A DNA stretch of 64,000 nucleotides from positions 10,974,001 to 11,038,000 of the forward strand of contig CM106586.1 of the NCBI GenBank assembly GCA_048013815.1, in the 5' to 3' direction. Every line of letters begins with the position of its first letter. The stretch's first letter is position 1. The stretch comes from Setoptus koraiensis (taxonomy: Eukaryota; Animalia; Arthropoda). Both the position numbers and the translations under genes were made by a program. The notes under the pieces are model-generated. The model saw only the letters and a list, made by a program, of their open reading frames with translations, was not told the origin of the DNA and searched no databases. Shown in pieces: positions 28,134 through 35,338 of this stretch.

Positions 28134-28192
28134 TACGTTACGTAGCCTGCGTTACGTAGCCTGCGTTACGTAGGCTTCGTTACGTAGGCTGC
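28134..28192 (+). repeat. tandem CGTTACGTAG units (bZIP-like site array) near the GC/AT boundary
   Basis: Four copies of cgttacgtag are read directly. Confidence 0.8.
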
Positions 28193-28530
28193 CAGCGGTC
28201 GCTGCGAACGCCGAACGTCCGACGGAACGTTCGCTGGAGCGGCTCGAGCCGCTCGAGTCGAGCCGTGGCCGCAACGCTCGCCTCGCTGCAGCGGCCACTC
28301 GAGTGTTCGCTCGCTGGCGGAGTGGCTCTCTCGAGCCACTCAGGCCAAATTGCGTCTCGGAGCGAGCTGCGACAGGCCTCAAGTGGCCGCTCGGTGTTGA
28401 ATGATACACTCGATTTGCCTCAATGGATTATGGCGATCAACATTGTAGCCATTGAGATGCTTGAGACGCGCTTGACATGTGCTTTAGGAATATCTAGCAA
28501 ATTGATTGCCAGATACCCCAAACTCACAGG

Positions 28531-28568
28531 CATGCAACAATTGCAAGTGTTGACCTACACATACATAG
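28531..28568 (+). pseudogene. MRPL42: 31-bp scrap of the MRPL42 coding sequence (encodes MQQLQVLTYT)
   Basis: 28531-28561 matches the reverse complement of 58261-58291 at 30/31 nt. ACATAG resumes after a 4-nt gap. Confidence 0.8.
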
Positions 28569-29242
28569 CTATGAAATACATTGGAGCTAACGACAGCCCA
28601 TCTTGTTCGAGCGACGATAAGAAACCGTTGGAATATGATTCCATCTATAGTGACCAGCTAACTTCAAAACATTATTCACGCGACAATGGTAAAAAATTTG
28701 AAGACAGCATGATCAGCATGGATAAAATTTCAAACAATCAAGACAGCGCAAAGACACCAAAAAATCCTGTAAATTTACATTGCGACCCATCGAGTTTTGA
28801 CCGAACGCCCCTTAGGGTTTTGAAGAATCATGATGACATGAGGGTTAGCTCCAAGATCTATTACCACCAATAACTATTTTCGTACATTTCTAGGTACATC
28901 GTGGCTAGAAACCATCAAATAATCAAGTCACATTGTATTTGGAACTGAATAAAGAGTTTATGAGGGACCATTGATCGTCTCATAATCAAGTTTGTCACTT
29001 TATCCGTTGTCGGGGGCAACTGTTGTAGAAAGTCTGTATTTCGTGTTTTTATTTGGCGCTGGAGCTCAGCTTAAAGCATGTTGGGTCTGCATTTTCTCGA
29101 CATAAACACGTTGATCGTTTCCAAATGCCGACTTCTTCATTCGACTGACACGTGCAATGAAATAAACTTATCCTTTTCTACCAAATTGTGCAAAAAAATA
29201 TTCAACATTCAGTGAAACCGACAATCTAGATTTACAGTCTCA

Positions 29243-30289
29243 ATGGTTCGAGTAACGATAGACAACAAGATTAGAACATTGACTGAAAATGCTATCAACA
29301 CCGGGCACAGAGGATTGCTTGTGATAGTTGGCGAGAGGTCTCGTGACCAGGTTGTTACATTATATCACATATTAACTAAGTAATGAACGGTTCATTTTGT
29401 CACTCATGGATTGTAAGACTAGTTGTATTATTGACGATAAATTCAACATATTACCAATTTGTTCACACATATTAGATTTGAAACTAGAACCCAAGCAAGA
29501 CTTCTCAGCAACAGAGCCGGAGTTACTGAAATTGCGTGAGTCCATTGCTAATAAACAACCGCTGGAATCTCTAGTTGCTCTGTGTAAGACAGTTGATCAA
29601 GCTAGTGCAGTCATCAAATTCACGGTTACGAGGGAACTGGACGATCTTTGTCTCTCAAACTTTTGAATCAACTTCGCCAAAATACAGCTACCTCCAACAG
29701 TAGTGATCAACTTATGAGTTCTCGCCTCTTGAACGAGCTAGTTCTCGAAGAACCTATCCGTTATCGTGCTAACGATCCGGTCGAAAAGTGGCTCAACAGT
29801 CTCTTATGTTTGGATGCAACAATTTGTGAATTGCCTTGGCATTCTGGTTGTCCCGTTCCAGATGATTGTCAACTGTACTATATTAATAGAGATACCCTCT
29901 TCAGTTATCATAAATCTTCAGAGGAATTTCTGCATCATCTCATGGCACTATACGTGGCATCTCACTATAAGAATACGCCGAATGATCTACAAATGATATT
30001 TGATGCACCAGCGCACCATCTATTTTGCTTGCTTGCGCCCAGCAAAAAAAAGACTCAGTTACCAGAAGTTTTGTGCTTTGTTCAAATTTTCCTCGAAGGT
30101 GAAATATCACGAGAGTCAATAATGAACTCTTTAGTGAGAGGTAAAAGACCTGCTGCTGGAGACCTTATACCTTGGACTATATCTAGACAATTCAATGATG
30201 ACAACTTCGCCTCTCTTTCCGGTGCCAGAGTTGTACGAATTGCAACTGATCCTAATTATCAAAAAATGGGTTACGGTTTGCGAGCCCTG
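29243..30289 (+). pseudogene. NAT10: RNA cytidine acetyltransferase NAT10 remnant with two large internal deletions and 3' truncation
   Basis: MVRVTIDNKIRTL..DQVVTLYHILTK* (29243-29383) is joined out of frame to NERFILSL..KTVDQASAVIKF (29382-29621), which is joined out of frame to GYEGTGRSLSLKL..HYKNTPNDLQM..RVVRIATDPNYQKMGYGLRAL (29624-30289). The helicase Walker A segment and the C-terminal part are absent. Confidence 0.92.
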
Positions 30290-30333
30290 ATACTATGGTA
30301 TAGATATAGTTTCATATTGTGTAAGGAACTCAC

Positions 30334-30468
30334 CTCGAACAGACGGTCCTGGGTGTACCAGACGTCGCCCTCGTCCACTTTGCCGTAGCCGCTGGAATAG
30401 AGGTCTTGGTACTGGTCGGTTTGCTCGTCGCTCACTGTTTGCGACAAAATCTGGCGTCGACTGATCAT
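30334..30468 (-). CDS. exp: first coding exon of an expansion/rebuf-family (Smad-like MH2) gene; downstream exons not found in the window
   Basis: MISRRQILSQ..DEGDVWYTQDRLFE resembles the family N-terminus as I recall it (MVSRRKILSRS..DEEDVWY.K.KL). It ends at a phase-0 donor GAG|GTGAGT (intron starts at 30333). Confidence 0.65.
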
Positions 30469-31307
30469 TGCGATTAATTAATTATTGATTGGTCACAATT
30501 TTTTCACGATTTGATTTTGATTCTGATTCAGTTTTTCTTGCTCACTTGCCGCTGTTTTCACTGGGCGCTGTCTTGGCAGTCTGTTCTTCTTATCGTCGAC
30601 AAGTAGGCAATTGTTTCAGTTCACTCGCTTGCTATTGTTGCTCGTGTTGTAAGTTTGTCGTCGTTTTTGTTGTCGTTGTTGTGGTCGTTTGTTTGTTTGC
30701 TGGTCACTGTATGTTGATGCAATAACACTGTGCACCCTGTTGATTGCACGAACACTTGCACTATTTGCGTCATTTGATCTGATTAAACATTTGTTATTTT
30801 GTTAATGTTGATTGACTATGTTGCTTGTTGTTGATTGTTGTTGATTGTTGTTGACTGTTGTTGACTGTTGTTGACTGTTGTTGACTGTTGTTGCATGGAC
30901 ACGAGAGAAGAGACGCGAAAAGAAACGAAACGAAAATGCCGGCTTGTAACAGGGCATGCAATGATGCGATGTTGACTCGTTGCCGACCAAACTAGTTGTA
31001 ACTCGCACAACTCGCAACACTCGACCAGTCGAATCTCGAAACGAAAGCGAGCTCGCCAACACACACTCACCTGTTCGAACACACACTCACCTTTTCGAAC
31101 ACACACTCACAACCTGTTCTAGCTTTTGCTTTTTTGCTCGATGGTCGATACTTTTACTATCAGCACACGGCTCCACCAACCAACTAGAGCCCTCCCACCA
31201 CCTACGATAGCCGGTCTGCCTGTATTGCCTGCCATCTAGTGCAGAGTTACGTAGAATTGAACGTCTCCGGTTCGACCGATGAAGAGAACAACGAACCCGA
31301 AATAACT

Positions 31308-31495
31308 ATGAGAATTGCCATGTGGGGCCAATGCCACCCAAAAAAATGTACCGGTCGCAAACTCGCCAGACATGGGCTCATCGAATCTCGACAGCGGCCA
31401 ATATGTTTCATGTGATGTGTATCAAATATAAACGACAATATCCATTCCATATTGTTGACACATTTGGAATGGGCCCATCAAATTTTTAACTCATC
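31308..31495 (+). pseudogene. TSR3: 18S rRNA aminocarboxypropyltransferase TSR3 remnant
   Basis: MRIAMW--GQCHPKKCTGRKLARHGLIE versus the family motif LAMWD(L/F)xxCDPKKC(T/S)GRKL: two codons are missing and D has become H. Out-of-frame scraps GQYVS and a degraded F.WG..FL follow. Confidence 0.8.
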
Positions 31496-31611
31496 CCCTG
31501 AGTGTTTATTTCAATTATTGCCCTAGCCTCGATACATCACAATACACATATTACGGCATTTTTAAATTATTCAACTTGTCACTCGTTATCATGGATTCAG
31601 TGAAGGGACGC

Positions 31612-31894
31612 GTTTTGCCACTAGACGCCTGAACAATATCAACACATTCAACATATAGTTCCCTGGAATTATGTCTCTTTTAGAGCTCTGACAAAACTGT
31701 GGCGTTTTATCTACTGGAGCAGTCAATTTTTAACACGGATTATACTGCCACTGATGCAATCATATTCTATGGCCGCCGATTTCACATCTTGGGACAAATT
31801 TAAATCGACGCTCAAGGCGAATCTCATCTATTACTCATCTTACGAAGCCATATTCTTAATATTGCTCGTATACATATATTATGTTGAGATATAG
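31612..31894 (+). pseudogene. LMBRD2: LMBR1-domain protein LMBRD2 fragment
   Basis: VLPLDA*TI (in-frame stop), then a frameshift to PWNYV..LWRFIYWSSQFLTRIILPLMQSY..KFKSTLKANLIYYSSY, matching the recalled LMBRD2 motif [22 protein letters not shown] (W has become R). Most of the protein is missing. Confidence 0.78.
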
Positions 31895-31963
31895 AGACCA
31901 TTACAATTATTACTATCATCACTATTATTTGAAAGAGACTGTTGATATTACAGCAAACTGACC

Positions 31964-34068
31964 ATGGCAAACACAGATGAGGTTAAAGAGTTGACCATCA
32001 ATGCCATACTGATAGATGTATTCAGATTTCTTGTAAGCCAAGAACAAACGACCATCCTATTGGATAAATTGCAATCGGCAAATATCCTTGCAATTTCAAA
32101 CGAATCCACTTCAAAACAACAACAGACCACCAATGATAGCCAAACCACCACCACCAATACCAAGTCTGCGGCTCGTGCCAGAACAAATCTAACAATAAGA
32201 TGTCTAGATTTGAGTAGGATATTTGAAGAGAAGAAGATAGACCTTTACAAAAATGTTACACTCAATAATATGAATCAAGTTTTATTCGACAGAATACTGA
32301 TAGAGGACTATTCATCATGCCAGCAATTAGTTTCATTAAATATTTCGCCCTCGGCTCTCAACACACCAAATCTAGATTCTGAGTCGGTGGCTAACTCGTT
32401 TAATCCGGCCGACAGTCAGATATTGCGCTATTTATATGGCTGCTATTACAGGCTGCAACAAATCAAAAGTCAACAAAAGTTCAGCTCCTTGAAGGACCAA
32501 CTGACCTCAGTTGAAAACCTCATCATTGATCAGGTTCTACTTTATCTGATTCAACCAGATGTTTTTCCCGATAGAGAAAAACGATATAAAAGTGACGAAC
32601 AAGGAGGCTCACCTCCACTATTATTGAATTTGGTTACTCATTATCTGAAAAGTGCAGCCGAGTTGCATTGTGATATTATACAAAGATTTGTTGATACTAT
32701 CGGAGAACGAGGTGGAGCCAACTATGATTCAGATAGTTTATTTACTATTATCAAACCAATTTGCACTAGATTGTCACAATTGTTTGTGAAAATATCAATT
32801 GATGATCCAAAGGTACCGGAGCTAGTACAAATACTGAGAGTATTCGTACAAGAACCCAATATGGCGGTGGCGTTTATACAATTCAATTCACTTAGAATTG
32901 ACAATTCTGTAGCATACCAGAACACTCTGATTGGCTATCTACTCAGCGTGTCTTCACTACCTAGAACTAGCCAATCTAATTGTACATTTTTTCAGAATCC
33001 ATCTAGATTAGCGCAAAGTGAGCACAATTTTACGGAGACTCAAATAGGGCTTAAATTACAAACTATAGGAGCCGAGGCCCACAAACTATTCCATATCTTA
33101 CTTAAGATGCCTCAATCGCGCGGCCTCTTCTTGGAATGGCTCGGCAAGTGTTTGTATACATTTAAGGATAGAAAAAAGTTGTGGAGCAATCAATTACTTA
33201 TGGCCACTAGCACAATATCAGTGAACGACGGGTTTCTCATGAATTTACTTACCGCAATGTTGCATCTATGTGAACCGTTCGTAGGACCGTACAAAAGGAC
33301 GCTGGAAAACGCAGCCAGGTTGGACAGGAAATTGCTCAAGATAGATCCAAGATATTGCAAAATATCTACAGTACCTAAGTCAAATCAAGTCAAAAAACCG
33401 GGTGAATCAGGAGCGGCAGCAATAGAACAGCAGTCAAAATCATCCAACAATACAGCCCACTTTTTAGGTTTATGCGAAGAGACATTCTTTGTTGATGCTT
33501 CAGATGAAATTGCATCTTTCGAGCCTCAAGCGAATTTTATCAGCGAACTCGTCGACCTATGTATCTTGTGCTGAAATACTTGTGGGGAAAGCAACAGCAC
33601 AGGGCCAAGTTGATTGAACTTGCCGACGAAGCGGAACGTAATATTGAATCAGCAAGGCCACTTTTGTTTTTGCGCTTTATAAATCTTTTGATGAATGATG
33701 CCATCTTTTTGTTAGATGAAGCTCTTGGTTATATGAGTACATTAAGAGAGACACAAATCCAAAGAGGAACGGTGGAGTGGACGCAAATGTCAGAGCAACA
33801 GCGCGCTCAAGCTGAGGCTAACGCCAATCATGTTGGTAGACTAGCTAGATTTCATAATGTCCTTGGACTTTCAACAATTAGTACATTGGCATGGTTGACT
33901 ACCGAAGTAAAAACTATTTTTTCACATGCCACCCTCGTGGATAGAGTGGCCAATATGTTGAACTACTTTTTGGTTCATTTAGTTGGGCCTAAAATGAAAA
34001 ATTTCAAGGTCAAAGATCAAAACGAGTACGAGTTTGAACCTAAAGAGCTAGTTGGACTCTCCAACTAG
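31964..34068 (+). pseudogene. UBE4A: ubiquitin conjugation factor E4 A with a frameshifting internal deletion and loss of the U-box
   Basis: ORF 31964-33574 (to ANFISE) is fused at ~33548 out of frame to RRPMYLVLKYLW..FLRFINLLMNDAIFLLDEAL..MLNYFLVHLVGPK..FEPKELV. About 240 aa between NFISE and RRPMY are absent relative to the human protein as recalled, and the C-terminal U-box is missing. Confidence 0.9.
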
Positions 34069-34673
34069 AGCTCGTCTATGTTTGCCGGTTCGCGATTCTG
34101 CTGTGCCATTTGAGCTTCTTCTTGTATACGTGGGTCCATTTTGACAAAGTTGGCATAGTAACTTTTGGTGAAATCGGTCATTATATCCTGAGTGCATTCT
34201 GGCAATTCGCCACTCATCAGGCCTGGCGACCCCGAAAATACTGAGAAGGTGGGTACAATTGTGCCTGGTGCCAATATTGTATTGTCCGCAATCGCGCAAC
34301 AATTTTTCAAAACCGAGTGGCGTCCAATAACGCAATTCTTTCCTATGTGAACATATGAGCCAACTATAGAGGCATTAATTACGCTATTTTCACCAATAAA
34401 TACATGATCGCCTATTTGCATACCGAAGAACGCTACCCCTTTAGCGTATCTCTTGAAAGGCGGCCTGATGATAGCTTTGCTGCTTATTACACAATGGCGT
34501 CCTATTTTGACATTTGCCAGATCTCCTCTTATAATACCGTCTGACTGGATGAGAGTCTTCCCGTTCAACATGATATTCTGACTGCCACACAAAACCGATT
34601 TCCTACATACTTTGTTTCCCGAGGCAGTCTCAATGTAATTGGACGGATTGTAATATACAACTGGTGGTTCCAT
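34065..34673 (-). CDS. DCTN5: dynactin subunit 5 (p25), intronless, 202 aa
   Basis: [62 protein letters not shown], with hexapeptide left-handed beta-helix repeats. Confidence 0.96.
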   Translation of the reverse strand: MEPPVVYYNPSNYIETASGNKVCRKSVLCGSQNIMLNGKTLIQSDGIIRGDLANVKIGRHCVISSKAIIRPPFKRYAKGVAFFGMQIGDHVFIGENSVINASIVGSYVHIGKNCVIGRHSVLKNCCAIADNTILAPGTIVPTFSVFSGSPGLMSGELPECTQDIMTDFTKSYYANFVKMDPRIQEEAQMAQQNREPANIDEL

Positions 34674-34697
34674 TTTTGGTCTCTTTCGTTTTGGCGA

Positions 34698-34736
34698 TTA
34701 TCGTAGTAGGATGGAGCTTTGAAAATTGTGGCCCAT
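34698..34736 (-). other. TAF3-derived upstream ORF (MGHNFQSSILLR*) in the DCTN5 leader
   Basis: Inverted copy of the TAF3 start codon and first ~9 codons; it stops 24 nt before the DCTN5 ATG. Confidence 0.6.
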
Positions 34737-34859
34737 TTATGTGTGGCAATCAATAAATACAATCAATCTTGAAAGATTGTTGGTAAATATAGCGATAATG
34801 TGTTCCTCCAAATGGAGATTTTCAACAACAACAACAATAAAGCACTGCGGAATACGTAC

Positions 34860-34993
34860 GCTAGCCTCCACAGTTCATTTTTCGTGCAGCTGATTTCGAC
34901 TTTCTGTGCAATTCTCACCGAAGACAACCGAAGATAAGGCGACACAATGTCGGCACAGTGAGCACACGAAAAATACAATGTGGAGGCGCTTAC
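34860..34993 (-). mobile_element. 134-bp MITE/introner-like insertion present in only one palindrome arm
   Basis: Imperfect TIRs GCCTCCACAnnnnATTTTTCGTG at both ends, with a possible TAC target duplication (34857-59 / 34991-93). On the minus strand it begins CAG|GTAAGC and ends ..CTAGC. Confidence 0.55.
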
Positions 34994-35218
34994 CTGAAAT
35001 ACGAAAATTTTTATTCGGAAAATTCATGGCGCATAGTTTGAAATAAGTTTCACTCCTAGTGATGGGAGGCAGCTCCCCGAGCTTCCTCCCTGCCCCCGGG
35101 CGAGACGAGGGAGCAAGTCGGGGAGCAGGATATTTCTTGCTGCCTCCCATCACTAGAAGTGAAACTTATTTCAAACTATGCGCCATAAATTGTTCGAATA
35201 AAAATTTTCGTATTTCAG

Positions 35219-35307
35219 GTACGTATTCCGCAGTGCGTTATTGTTGTTGTTGAAAATCTCCATTTGGAGAAACACATTATCGCTATATTTACCAACAATC
35301 TTCCAAG
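35219..35307 (+). other. putative 5'-UTR intron of TAF3
   Basis: CAG|GTACGT donor at 35219 and CTTCCAAG| acceptor 31 nt upstream of the ATG; inferred from consensus only. Confidence 0.45.
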
Positions 35308-35338
35308 ATTGATTGTATTTATTGATTGCCACACATAA

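Larger units (their letters stand above)
1..28400. other. GC/CpG-rich non-coding domain (gene desert or very large intron) full of micro- and minisatellites
   Basis: All ORFs here are low-complexity translations of simple repeats (poly-Q/T/C/L/R) that overlap in several frames, with no recognisable domain. Composition switches abruptly to AT-rich near 28.4 kb. Confidence 0.8.

Noticed and set aside
1-28400. GC-rich segment as bacterial contamination or HGT
   Set aside because: It has no coding density and abundant eukaryote-type microsatellites, and it shares motifs with non-coding DNA at 47-64 kb.
28265-28873. 202-aa ORF as a real gene
   Set aside because: It starts at GTG in repeat-like GC DNA, crosses the compositional boundary and contains the MRPL42 scrap. 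It looks like a chance fusion of remnants, and I could not identify the other pieces.
29381-33550. Deletion junctions explained as removed cryptic GT-AG introns or programmed frameshifts
   Set aside because: The reconstructed downstream flanks (F-N, N-G, Y-R codons) do not provide an AG acceptor, and the missing sequence is conserved protein, so frameshifting could not restore it.
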